Source: Gammaproteobacteria bacterium (GTDB taxonomy: Bacteria > Pseudomonadota > Gammaproteobacteria > Natronospirales > DASSBR01). Taken from it: 64,000 bases of DNA. The notes under the pieces are model-generated. The model searched no databases, was not told where the DNA came from, and saw only the letters and a program-made list of their open reading frames with translations. Below, one piece after another: positions 9,790 through 19,664 of the stretch. Both the position numbers and the translations under genes were made by a program. Within the stretch, counting starts at the first letter, position 1, and each line of letters opens with the position of its first letter. The stretch spans positions 1,975 through 65,974 of the forward strand of contig DASSTE010000055.1 in the NCBI GenBank assembly GCA_035708085.1, read 5' to 3'.

Positions 9790-12225
9790 TTAGTGATCAG
9801 TCATTGCAATCGCAGGATCAAGCTTCGCTGCACGCCGCGCCGGCAGATAGCTCGCAAGCAGCGTCACCGCCGACAGCACCACCACGGCGCCGGCCAAGGT
9901 CAGCGGATCAAATGGGCGGATGCCGAAGAGCTGCGACGAGATGGCGAAGCCGCCCGCGACGGCAAGCCCCAAGCCCGCAACGATGGCAATCGCAAGCAAC
10001 TTCAGGCCGTCGCGGATCACCAGCCACAGCAGGTCTTCCGGCAATGCGCCGAGTGCAAGGCGGACGCCGCACTCGCTTCTGCGCTGGCCGACGGCGTAGC
10101 TGAGCACGCCATAGACGCCGATCATCGCCAGCGCCAGCGCAATGCCGCCGAAGACGATGACCATCGCCATGGTTGCGCGCTTGCTTCCGACAGCGTCCGC
10201 GAGCTTGGCCTGCATGGTCTGGACATCGAACATCGCTATCGCCGGGTCCGCCTGGCGGACGACCTTTCGCAACGGCTGGATCAACGTGTTGGGCGGAACC
10301 GCCGTCTTCAGCACCAGGTGCATGCTGCGGCGCGGATGCTGCGACGCGCTGACGTAAATCGAACTGAACGCTTGCTTCTCGTCCAGATGCTTGCGCTTGA
10401 TGGTCGGCACCACGCCGACGACGGTGTACGTGCCCTGCGGCCAACTCGCGGTGATCTGCTTGCCGATGGGATTGGTGCCGCCGAAGTAGCGCCGCGCAAG
10501 TTGCTGATTGATGACGGCAACGGGCCGTGACCCGACGCGATCGCGCGCATCGAAACCGCGCCCGCGCAGAATCGGAATGTCCAGCGCCTTGAAATAGTCG
10601 CCGCCGATAAACAATTCCGCGGCGGATGGAAGAGCGCTGTTGGACGGCGGCTTGTAGCCAGGTATCCGCACGTAGACGATGGGCACGCGCGACAGCGGCG
10701 GCGAACTCACCAGGCTCGCCTGCTCCACGCCGGGTATGGTGCGAACACGGGTTAAAAGATGGTCGTAGAAATCGGCCAAAGCCGCGTCGCCGGCATGATC
10801 CTGGCGCGGCACGAGCAAACCCGCCATCAGCACGTTTTGCTTCGCGAATCCGGTATCGACGGTTTGCAAGTTGATGAAGCTGTGCAACAGCAGGCCGGCA
10901 CCGGCCAGCAAGGCCGTCGCCAGCGTCAGTTGCAGAATGACGAGGCCACCGCGGAGGCGCTTCGCGCGCCGATCGCCTGACACCGCGCGACCGCCCGCTT
11001 GCAACAATGCCTGCAAGTCGGTGCGCGACAAATGCCGGATCGGCAGCAGGCTGACGAGCAACGCGGTGACGCAAACGATGCCGAGGGCGAACAATCCGAC
11101 CCGCCAGTCAGGGGTCACATTGAAGACGTCGCCGGCCGTCACCAGGCCCGAGGCATCAGCCAGACTCAATGCCCACCAGCCGAGCACAATACCGACCACC
11201 CCGCCCGGAGCAGTCAGGCACACAGCTTCGACAAAAAGCTGACGCGCGAGTACCGCGCGAGTCGCACCGAGCGCGGCGCGCATCGTCAGTTCATGCGTGC
11301 GGCCGAGCACCCGCGTAAGCAGCAGGTTGGCCACGTTGACGCACGCCATCAGCAGTACTAGCGCCACAGCTCCCTGTAACAACCAGAGCATCGCGCCACG
11401 ATCGCCGACCAGCACCTGGCGGAGCGGTCGCGCGGCCATTGCGAAGCCGGCGTTCTGAAGACGGCGCCAATCGGAAGCCGTCCCGATTTGCCGCACAAAA
11501 TCGCGCACCGCGCCGAGCTGCATCGAGACCGTGCTCGTCGTGGCACCCGGCCGCGTCCGACCGACGAATTCATAGTTCAGCGTGGCGATATTCCCCGACC
11601 GCAAAGCATCGGGTGTGATCGTCACCGGCATCCATAAATCGACCGATTCATCCGGAAACGCAAAGCCGCGCGGCATAACGCCGATGACTCGATAAATGGT
11701 GCCGTTGAGCCGAAACTGCTTGCCGAGCGCGTCCGGCGCGCCGCCGAACAGCCGCTGCCACAGCGCGTAGCTCAAAACCGCGACCTTGCCGCCCCCCGGC
11801 TGATCAGCTTGCCGATCGTAGGTATGGCCAAGCAGCGGCTTGGCTTGCAGCACATTGAATAGTGACGCCGTCGCAACCGCCCCTTCGACGCGCGTTGCCC
11901 GCCCATTGAATTGCAGGTTGAACGCGGTGGCACCATAAATGGCACCACCCGACAGCGCCTTCACCCGTTCGTCGATCGTCTTGTACAGCAGAGCGGACAC
12001 ACCGCCGTACTGAATATTGACCTTGGGTTCGCTGACATCGATCTGCACCAACTGGCTGCCGTGTGGGTACGGCAGCGGCTTCAGAAGATAGCCATTCAGC
12101 AGGCTGAAAACCGCCATGTTCGCGCCGATGCCAAGAGCAAGCGTCAGGATGGCGGCGACGGCGAAGCCGGGTTTAGCGGCGAGCTGGCGAAGGCCGAAGT
12201 GCAGGTCGTTCAGAAAGCCGTTCAT
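9790..12225 (-). CDS. ADOP-type duplicated MacB/FtsX ABC permease, paralog 5
   Basis: The ORF track starts at 12330. Homology places the start at ATG 12225 (MNGFLNDLHFGLRQLAAKPGF), 7 nt after the stop of the upstream paralog. It ends ...LDPAIAMTDH rather than ...MEQ. Confidence 0.9.
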   Translation of the reverse strand: MNGFLNDLHFGLRQLAAKPGFAVAAILTLALGIGANMAVFSLLNGYLLKPLPYPHGSQLVQIDVSEPKVNIQYGGVSALLYKTIDERVKALSGGAIYGATAFNLQFNGRATRVEGAVATASLFNVLQAKPLLGHTYDRQADQPGGGKVAVLSYALWQRLFGGAPDALGKQFRLNGTIYRVIGVMPRGFAFPDESVDLWMPVTITPDALRSGNIATLNYEFVGRTRPGATTSTVSMQLGAVRDFVRQIGTASDWRRLQNAGFAMAARPLRQVLVGDRGAMLWLLQGAVALVLLMACVNVANLLLTRVLGRTHELTMRAALGATRAVLARQLFVEAVCLTAPGGVVGIVLGWWALSLADASGLVTAGDVFNVTPDWRVGLFALGIVCVTALLVSLLPIRHLSRTDLQALLQAGGRAVSGDRRAKRLRGGLVILQLTLATALLAGAGLLLHSFINLQTVDTGFAKQNVLMAGLLVPRQDHAGDAALADFYDHLLTRVRTIPGVEQASLVSSPPLSRVPIVYVRIPGYKPPSNSALPSAAELFIGGDYFKALDIPILRGRGFDARDRVGSRPVAVINQQLARRYFGGTNPIGKQITASWPQGTYTVVGVVPTIKRKHLDEKQAFSSIYVSASQHPRRSMHLVLKTAVPPNTLIQPLRKVVRQADPAIAMFDVQTMQAKLADAVGSKRATMAMVIVFGGIALALAMIGVYGVLSYAVGQRRSECGVRLALGALPEDLLWLVIRDGLKLLAIAIVAGLGLAVAGGFAISSQLFGIRPFDPLTLAGAVVVLSAVTLLASYLPARRAAKLDPAIAMTDH

Positions 12226-12232
12226 AATTCTT

Positions 12233-14677
12233 TCATTGCTCCATGATCGCGACAGCAGGATCCAGCTTCGCGGCGCGCCGCGCCGGCAGGTAACATGCAG
12301 CCAAAGTGATGAGGCACAGCACGATCGCACTCGAAATCAACGTCGCGGGATCGAACGGCGAGACACCAAACAACTGCGCCGAAATCAGATAGCCGCACAG
12401 CACCGCGAGGCCCAGCCCTATGACCAGACCGATCGCGAGCAGCCGCAATCCGTCCTTCAGGATGAGCCACTGCAGGTCACGCGGCAGCGCGCCAAGCGAC
12501 AGGCGAACACCGCATTCGGCGCGGCGCTGACCAACGGCATAGCTCATGACGGCGTAAACGCCGACAATCGCAAGAGCCAGCGCAATGGCACCAAACGCCA
12601 GCAACAGCCCCATCGTCGTTTGCCGGCGGCGCAGCAAATCCGCCATCTGGTCGCGCATCGTATGCATCTGGCTCACGGCGAATTTCGGCGCCACGGCAGC
12701 TACCAGATCTTTCACCGGTTGCCTGAGCGAGGCTGGCGGCAACTTGGTGTGGATCAGCAGGAACATGTCGCTGGACGGCGTCGTGTCCATGTTGAAATAG
12801 GTCGCGGGCGTCGACTGCGGCTGAGACAAATGCGAGTACTTGATCGGCGGCACGACGCCCACGATCGTCCACTTGTGGCCGTAGTACCAGAGCTGTTGGC
12901 CAACAGGATCGTCACCATGGAAATATTTGTCGACGACCGAGGTGTCGACTATCGCCCGCCTTTTCCCCGCGTCACGTGCATCGAAGCGGCGGCCGCGCAG
13001 AATTGGAATGCCGAGCGTCTGGAAAAACCCGGGGGTGATGCGATCCATCATCGCGAGCGGCAGCTTTCCGGAGGGCGACTTGCGCCCGACGATGGCGATC
13101 GGGTGAGCGAGGTCACCGCCCATTAACGGCATGAGGTCGGAAACGCCTGCACTGACGACACCGGGCAGCGTATCGATCCGCTGTACCACTTCCTCGTACT
13201 TCGCGCTCATCGCCTCGCGGCTCGAAAAATCGTCCCACGACACGGTCAGATGCGCGATCAGCATATGATCCGTGCGAAACCCCGGATCGACCCTTTGGAT
13301 ATTCACGAAGCTGTGCAGGAGCAGCCCGGCCATCGCGAGCAACCCGGTCGCCAGTGTCAGTTCCGCGACGACGAGTGCATTGCGCGCACGTTTCGCGCTA
13401 CGCCCGCCGCCGCTGGTGCGACTGCCGTCCTGCAGGATCATTTGCAAGTCGGTTCCAGCGAGGTGGCGAATCGGCAGCACACTCACCAGCGCAGCCGTGA
13501 GCAGGACCGCGCCCAGCGCAAACAGTCCAACGCGCCAATCCAGCCCGATATCAAAAACGCTGGCGCCGGCACCGAGCGCGGAGCCGGCGAGGAAGTCCAG
13601 GCCCAGCCATGCGAGCCCGATGCCGATGAGTCCGCCGGGGACTGTCAAACACAAGGCTTCTCCCAGCAATTGCCGTGCCAGCGCGGCGCGTGTCGCGCCC
13701 AAGGCGCTGCGCATGGCCATTTCATGACTGCGGCCGAGGATACGCGACAGCAGCAGGTTCGCGACGTTGACGCAGGTAATCAAAAGGATCAGCAGCACCG
13801 CGCCTTGCAGCAGCCACAGGGTTGCCGGCCTCTTACCGAGCAGCTCTTGCCGGTAAGGCCGCGTATGTAAGGCGAATCCGGAGTTGTGCAAAAACGCCTT
13901 GTCGATTCGGCGACCGTCCTCCTTGAACGGCACATGGCCATCCAGCCAGTTATGAACGGCATGTTGAATCTGCTGTTCGGCACCATCCACACTGGCGCCG
14001 GGTTTGAGCCGGCCGATGAAATTGAAGTTGAGATCGAGGAATCGGTTGGGCTTGAAAGCCTCCGGGCCAACTGCCACCGGCGTCCACATCTCGGCGTCGT
14101 GACCGGGAAACGCGAAGCTTTTGGGCATCACGCCGATGATCTTGTACGGCAAGCTCAGGAACGTGACAGTCGTACCAATGACGCCGGGGTCGCCGCCGAA
14201 GGTGTCGCGCCACATGGCATAGCTGATCACCGCCACCTGGTTGCGTCCCTTCTGCTCGTCGGCGGCGGTGAACGTGCGACCCAGCAGCGGCTGCACGCCC
14301 AGCACCCGAAATAGCGAGCCGGCAACCAGGTAATCATAGACATCCATCGCCCGGCCGCCGACCTTCACGTTGATATCATCGCCGTAGTAAAGTCCGGTCG
14401 CGGCGAAAGCATTCGTCTTCGTCTCGATGATCCGGTTCATCAACAGCGAAACGGGCACGTCGCCGCCCCCGAATTTCGGCACTCCTACATGGACCTCCGC
14501 CAGCCGCCCGGCATGCGGATACGGCAGCGGCTTGAACAGGTAGCCGCTCAGGATGCTGAACACGGCGGTGTTTGCGCCAATGCCGAGCGCGAGCGTCAGG
14601 ATCGCAGCGACGGCGAAACCGGGTTTGGTGGCCAGTTGTCGCAGCCCGACGCGCAGGTCATTCAGAAAGCCATTCAT
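12233..14677 (-). CDS. ADOP-type duplicated MacB/FtsX ABC permease, paralog 4 (subfamily A)
   Basis: 814 aa ORF with the same architecture. Shares the subfamily-A motifs with paralogs 2 and 6. Confidence 0.93.
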   Translation of the reverse strand: MNGFLNDLRVGLRQLATKPGFAVAAILTLALGIGANTAVFSILSGYLFKPLPYPHAGRLAEVHVGVPKFGGGDVPVSLLMNRIIETKTNAFAATGLYYGDDINVKVGGRAMDVYDYLVAGSLFRVLGVQPLLGRTFTAADEQKGRNQVAVISYAMWRDTFGGDPGVIGTTVTFLSLPYKIIGVMPKSFAFPGHDAEMWTPVAVGPEAFKPNRFLDLNFNFIGRLKPGASVDGAEQQIQHAVHNWLDGHVPFKEDGRRIDKAFLHNSGFALHTRPYRQELLGKRPATLWLLQGAVLLILLITCVNVANLLLSRILGRSHEMAMRSALGATRAALARQLLGEALCLTVPGGLIGIGLAWLGLDFLAGSALGAGASVFDIGLDWRVGLFALGAVLLTAALVSVLPIRHLAGTDLQMILQDGSRTSGGGRSAKRARNALVVAELTLATGLLAMAGLLLHSFVNIQRVDPGFRTDHMLIAHLTVSWDDFSSREAMSAKYEEVVQRIDTLPGVVSAGVSDLMPLMGGDLAHPIAIVGRKSPSGKLPLAMMDRITPGFFQTLGIPILRGRRFDARDAGKRRAIVDTSVVDKYFHGDDPVGQQLWYYGHKWTIVGVVPPIKYSHLSQPQSTPATYFNMDTTPSSDMFLLIHTKLPPASLRQPVKDLVAAVAPKFAVSQMHTMRDQMADLLRRRQTTMGLLLAFGAIALALAIVGVYAVMSYAVGQRRAECGVRLSLGALPRDLQWLILKDGLRLLAIGLVIGLGLAVLCGYLISAQLFGVSPFDPATLISSAIVLCLITLAACYLPARRAAKLDPAVAIMEQ

Positions 14678-14688
14678 CTCCTACCCCT

Positions 14689-17151
14689 TTACTGCTCCAT
14701 CATGGCTATGGCCGGGTCGAGCCTTGCCGCGCGACGGGCAGGCAGCCAGCAAGCGAGCAGCGTGATCGCCGCCAAAACGATGACGGTGCCAATGAGCGTG
14801 ATGGGATCGTAGGGCGCAATGCCGAACAGCCGCGACGACAGGACGAAGCCGAATATCACCGCGAGACCCAGCCCGGTAATCAGCCCGATGCCGAGCAGTT
14901 TCAGGCCGTCCTTTATTATCAGCCACAGCAAATTTTCGGGTAGCGCGCCCAAGGCAAGTCGAATGCCGCACTCCGCCCGCCTCTGCCCGACCGCGTAGCT
15001 CATTACGCCGTACACGCCGACTACCGCCAGCGCCAGCGCGATGCCGCCGAAGGCAAGCAGCAGGAGCACGACCATCTGCTTGTTGCTCAGGCTGCCCGCA
15101 ACGACCTGGCGCATGGTCTTTATGTTGTACAGCGCGGCCACGGGGTTAATCTTTTGGACTGTCTGCCGCAACGTCTTGATCAGCATGTCCGGCGGAATTG
15201 AGGTGCGGACAAACAAGCGCGTACGGGTAATGGCCATACGCGCAACATTCTCGTAAACCTGATAGGTCGGATTGGTTTTATCCAGGCCGCGGACTTTGAT
15301 CGGCGCCGCTACGCCCACAATGCGCAGCCACTCCTCCTTCTTATGCAGAAAGCGGTAATGAGCAATTCTTTTGCCGATGGCATGGCCATTGAAGTATTTG
15401 TCGGCGAAGTTCCTGCCGACGACGGCGGTAGGCAGACCAGTAGCGGTATCGCTTGTGAAGCCATGCCCCTTCAACAAAGGAATGCCGAGAGTCTTGAAGT
15501 ACTCTGACGTTACCGGATTGACAATCGCTTTCGGCGGCGGTCCATTTCCTCGTGGATGACCTTGTATGTCCCAGCCATCAATCCATAAGCCGGTAAGCGG
15601 CACCCAGGCACCGACGGCGGCGTACTCTACACTCGGCAGCGCCCGGACATGACGCAGCAGGTCGACCCGAAAGGCGTTCATCGAATGCTTGAGCTGCTCG
15701 CGGTGTTCAGGCGTGTCTGAAAGATTGCTGGCGGAGACTGCCTGAGGCGGTACGAACACCCGCGCCGTCAGCATGTTGTTGATATTGAAACCCGGATCGA
15801 CATGCTCCACGTTCACGAAGCTGTGCAGAAGCAAGCCGGCGCTGGCCAGCAGGGCGGTCGCAAGTGCCAGTTCGCCGGCTACCAATGCCCCGCGTACGCG
15901 TCGAGAGCCGCGACTGCCGGATGCTGTGCGGCCACCCTCCTGAAGCACATTTTGAAGGTCTGTTTTTGCCAGATGAAAAATCGGCAAGACGCTGACCAAC
16001 AGCCCGACGCCGCACACGACACAAAGCGCGAACAGGCCAACCCGCCAGCCCATGTCTATGCTTGCATTCCCAGCCTGTGACGAGGCAAGACGGATAAGGC
16101 GCAAGCATAGCCAACCGATGCCAATGCCCGCGAGTCCGCCTGGCACGGCAAGGCAGAACGCTTCAACGACAAGTTGACGTGCAAGCATGGCACGGCTGGC
16201 GCCGAGCGCGCTGCGCATCGCCATTTCGTGGCCGCGCCCCAGGATGCGCGCCAGCAGCAAGCTTGCGACGTTGATGCAGGCAATCAGAAGAACCAGTAGT
16301 ACCGCCGCTTGCAGCAGGAGCAGCGTCAGCGCCTTGCTGTCAATGTGTCTGTCAGCGAGCGGCTGAGTGTCGAGGCGGTAGCCGCTGTGCTTCAGCCTAG
16401 CCGGCTCAATCATGCTGCGAATACGCGTTGCGGCTGCCTCTATTTGCGGCTTTAATTCGGCCCGTGTCGCGTGCGGCGCGAGGCGCCCGATCAACTGGTA
16501 TTCCATCGCCATCGGGTGAGCCTTCAGTTCCGCCGGCTTGATCGTCAGAGGTGCCCAGTACCCGATGTCGCTGCTCGGAAACTCGAATCCCGGCGGCATC
16601 ACTGCGCGTATGCGGTAGATATCCTCATTCAACTTGATCGCACGCCCGATGATATTCGGGTCGCCGCCAAATTTGCTTTGCCACAAGTGATAGCTGATGA
16701 CGACTACGCTGCCCTGGCCGGGCCGGTCATTCGCCATAGTGAACGTGCGCCCGAGCAGCGGTTTGACGCCCAGAGTTTTGAACAGGGATCCCGTCGCCTT
16801 GACCCCGGAAATGACATTCGCCCGCCCGTCGGTGCGCAAGTTTGCGGACGTGGTCGAAAATGCCGCGACGCTCGAAAAGGCGTTAACGTGATCCCGGAGG
16901 TCATCATAGAGGGGAAGAGAGCCCCACATGTCCATGTTTCCGCCGAACTTCGGCATTTGGGTGTAAATATTGGTCAGTTGCTCGCTGTGTGGATACGGCA
17001 GCGGCTTCAACAGGTAATCGTTGAGCACGCTGAATACGGCCGTGTTCGCACCGATGCCGAGCGCGAGTGTCAGGATTGCGGCGACGGCGAAGCCGGGTTT
17101 GGTGGCCAGTTGTCGCAGTCCGAAACGCAGGTCATTCAGAAAGCCATTCAT
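14689..17151 (-). CDS. ADOP-type duplicated MacB/FtsX ABC permease, paralog 3
   Basis: 820 aa ORF with the same N-terminal, central and C-terminal FtsX motifs. Its periplasmic domains are divergent. Confidence 0.93.
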   Translation of the reverse strand: MNGFLNDLRFGLRQLATKPGFAVAAILTLALGIGANTAVFSVLNDYLLKPLPYPHSEQLTNIYTQMPKFGGNMDMWGSLPLYDDLRDHVNAFSSVAAFSTTSANLRTDGRANVISGVKATGSLFKTLGVKPLLGRTFTMANDRPGQGSVVVISYHLWQSKFGGDPNIIGRAIKLNEDIYRIRAVMPPGFEFPSSDIGYWAPLTIKPAELKAHPMAMEYQLIGRLAPHATRAELKPQIEAAATRIRSMIEPARLKHSGYRLDTQPLADRHIDSKALTLLLLQAAVLLVLLIACINVASLLLARILGRGHEMAMRSALGASRAMLARQLVVEAFCLAVPGGLAGIGIGWLCLRLIRLASSQAGNASIDMGWRVGLFALCVVCGVGLLVSVLPIFHLAKTDLQNVLQEGGRTASGSRGSRRVRGALVAGELALATALLASAGLLLHSFVNVEHVDPGFNINNMLTARVFVPPQAVSASNLSDTPEHREQLKHSMNAFRVDLLRHVRALPSVEYAAVGAWVPLTGLWIDGWDIQGHPRGNGPPPKAIVNPVTSEYFKTLGIPLLKGHGFTSDTATGLPTAVVGRNFADKYFNGHAIGKRIAHYRFLHKKEEWLRIVGVAAPIKVRGLDKTNPTYQVYENVARMAITRTRLFVRTSIPPDMLIKTLRQTVQKINPVAALYNIKTMRQVVAGSLSNKQMVVLLLLAFGGIALALAVVGVYGVMSYAVGQRRAECGIRLALGALPENLLWLIIKDGLKLLGIGLITGLGLAVIFGFVLSSRLFGIAPYDPITLIGTVIVLAAITLLACWLPARRAARLDPAIAMMEQ

Positions 17152-17163
17152 GCCCTACCCCCT

Positions 17164-19617
17164 CTACTGCTCCATCATCGCTATGGCTGGGTCGAGCTTT
17201 GCCGCGCGTCGCGCCGGCAGATAACACGCGGCCAGCGTGATGAAGCACAGCACGATGGCACTGCCAATCAGCGTCAGCGGATCAAACGGTACAACCCCGA
17301 ACAACTGCGACGAAATCAGGAAGCCGCATAACACGGCGAGGCCAAGGCCGAGAACAAGGCCGACCGCAAGCAGCTTCAAACCATCCTTCAATATCAACCA
17401 TTGCAAATCGCCCGGCAGCGCGCCAAACGCCAAACGAACGCCGCATTCGGCGCGCCGCTGTCCCACGGCGTAACTCATCACGGCATACACGCCGACAATC
17501 GCAAGCGCCAACGCAATCCCACCAAACGCGAGCAGCAAAGTCATCGTTGTCTGGTTATCGTTCAGCGAATCCAACAATTGCGCGTGCATGGTGTGGATGT
17601 CGGCAACGGCGACATTCGGCGCTATCGCGGCCAGCAGGTTTTTTACCGGCTTGATGAGCGCAGCTGGTGGCAGCTTGGTGTGGATGACAAGATACATATC
17701 GGGCGTCACACTGTATTTGCCGATGTCGATGTAAACGGCGGCCGACAATTTGGGCTGCGACAATCTCGTGTATTTGACCGGCGGCACAACGCCGACAATG
17801 GTGTAGATCTGTTTTGCGCCATAGTCGATCTTTTGCCCGATCGGGTTCACACCGCGAAAATACTTTTTGACCACGCGGGCATCGACGATCGCATGCATCT
17901 TGCCCGCATCGCGTTCATCGAAGCGTCGCCCGCGTAAAATCGGGATGCCGAGCGTTTTGAAATAGCCTGGGCTGATAAAATCCTGAATAGCCCCCGGCGA
18001 CTCGCCCGAAGGCTGCGGTGGCCGGCCGGGGATGGTGAAGCCGTTGAAAATTGCCATATTGCTCATCGGCACGGAAGCGGTAATCCCGGATTGCCAAACG
18101 CCAGGCAGTCCATCCACGCGCTTCACCACGTGGTTGTAAAACTGGCTCATCGCTTTGTCGTCCAAATAATCCTTGGGCGACAACAGAAGCTGCGCGATCA
18201 ATACATGGTCCTTGCGAAAACCGGGATCGACGGCTTCAAGATTCATAAAGCTGTGCAGCACCAGGCCGGCGATCGCAAGCAAGCCGGTCGCGAGCGCCAG
18301 TTCGGCAATAACGAGCGTATTGCGGACGCGCTTTGCGCCTCGCCCCGCGGTGCTGCGGCTACCCTCCTGCAAAGCAATTTGCAGATCAGTTTTGGCGAGT
18401 TGGCAGATCGGTAAAACGCTAATCAAGGCCGCGGTGACCAGCGCCGCGCCAAGTGCAAATAACCCGACGCGCCAGTCAAGCGCGATGTCGAATATGCTGC
18501 TACCAACGCCGAGAGCTGAGCCCGCCAGAAAGTGCATGCCGAACCAGGCGAGGCCGAAGCCGATCAAGCCACCGGGCACTGTCAGGCACAACGCCTCGCC
18601 AAGCAGTTGTCGCGCCAGCGCGCCCCGGGTCGCGCCAAGCGTGCTGCGGATCGCGATTTCATGGCCGCGCCCGAGAATGCGCGACAGCAACAGGTTGGCA
18701 ACGTTGACGCAGGTGATCAGCAAAATCAGTAACACCGCGCCTTCCAGCAGCCATAAGGTCGCTGGACGGTTGCCGAGCAATCCCTGCCGGTACGATTGGG
18801 CGCGCATCGAAAACCCCATGCTCTTTAGCAGTTTCCGGTTGTACATGAGGTTGCCCACTTTGATGGGGAAATTATTGTCGGTCCATGTCTGAACCGCTTG
18901 CCGTACTTGCCGTTGCGCCGTCGCGATGCTGACGCCGGGTTTGAGCCAGCCAATAAATCGAGTATCGAGTGCCGATAGAAACCGCGTCGGATCGAAAGTT
19001 TTGGGAACGATCGGTTGCGGTAACCATATCGAGATGTCGTGGTCCGGGAACGCGAAGCCGCGCGGCATTACGCCGACGATTCGATAATCCTCGCTTTCAA
19101 TATTGACGGCCTTGCCGATGATGTTGGGGTCTGCGCCGAACGTAGTGCGCCAGAGCGAATAACTGATGACTACAACCTGGTCGCTGCCAGGCTTCATGTC
19201 GGCTTTGGTGAAGGTATGCCCGAGCATGGGCTGCACGCCGAGAACGCGAAACAGCGACGCCGTAGTGATCAGCCCGCCGACGCGCTGCGCGCGTCTGGCG
19301 GCGTTCAGATTGAAATAGTCGCGATGGTAAACGGCACCAGCGGCAAAGGCCTTGGTGTGCCTTTGAACGATTTGATACATCGGCATCGAGATACCGGAAT
19401 CACCGCTGCTAAATTTTGGAAGCTCCGTGTTAAGTTGCGCCAACCGGCCGGCGTGCGGGTACGGTAGCGGCTTGAACAGATAGCCGCTCAGAACGCTGAA
19501 CACCGCCGTATTGGCGCCGATGCCAAGCGCCAGCGTGAGGATGGCCGCGGCGGCAAATCCAGGCTTGGCTGTAAGTTGATGAATGCCAAAACGCAGGTCT
19601 GTGAGAAAGCCGTTCAT
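17164..19617 (-). CDS. ADOP-type duplicated MacB/FtsX ABC permease, paralog 2 (subfamily A)
   Basis: 817 aa ORF. By eye it is closest to paralog 6 along its whole length. Confidence 0.93.
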   Translation of the reverse strand: MNGFLTDLRFGIHQLTAKPGFAAAAILTLALGIGANTAVFSVLSGYLFKPLPYPHAGRLAQLNTELPKFSSGDSGISMPMYQIVQRHTKAFAAGAVYHRDYFNLNAARRAQRVGGLITTASLFRVLGVQPMLGHTFTKADMKPGSDQVVVISYSLWRTTFGADPNIIGKAVNIESEDYRIVGVMPRGFAFPDHDISIWLPQPIVPKTFDPTRFLSALDTRFIGWLKPGVSIATAQRQVRQAVQTWTDNNFPIKVGNLMYNRKLLKSMGFSMRAQSYRQGLLGNRPATLWLLEGAVLLILLITCVNVANLLLSRILGRGHEIAIRSTLGATRGALARQLLGEALCLTVPGGLIGFGLAWFGMHFLAGSALGVGSSIFDIALDWRVGLFALGAALVTAALISVLPICQLAKTDLQIALQEGSRSTAGRGAKRVRNTLVIAELALATGLLAIAGLVLHSFMNLEAVDPGFRKDHVLIAQLLLSPKDYLDDKAMSQFYNHVVKRVDGLPGVWQSGITASVPMSNMAIFNGFTIPGRPPQPSGESPGAIQDFISPGYFKTLGIPILRGRRFDERDAGKMHAIVDARVVKKYFRGVNPIGQKIDYGAKQIYTIVGVVPPVKYTRLSQPKLSAAVYIDIGKYSVTPDMYLVIHTKLPPAALIKPVKNLLAAIAPNVAVADIHTMHAQLLDSLNDNQTTMTLLLAFGGIALALAIVGVYAVMSYAVGQRRAECGVRLAFGALPGDLQWLILKDGLKLLAVGLVLGLGLAVLCGFLISSQLFGVVPFDPLTLIGSAIVLCFITLAACYLPARRAAKLDPAIAMMEQ

Positions 19618-19664
19618 GTTGTATCTCTAGTCCCCTTAACGTCCGGGAGCGGGAAATGGAGAAG

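Noticed and set aside
9790-12330. N-terminal extensions in the ORF track: permease paralog 5 (to 12330), sulfurtransferase (to 28941), RND pump (from 34975), Usp (from 33350), lapB (to 55719), rpsA (to 58140), cmk (to 59186), KaiC-like (to 42029) and the receiver-like protein (to 40608).
   Set aside because: The extensions overlap the upstream gene and are not shared with paralogues or known family N-termini. Internal starts have better SD context or canonical N-terminal motifs, so the starts were trimmed.
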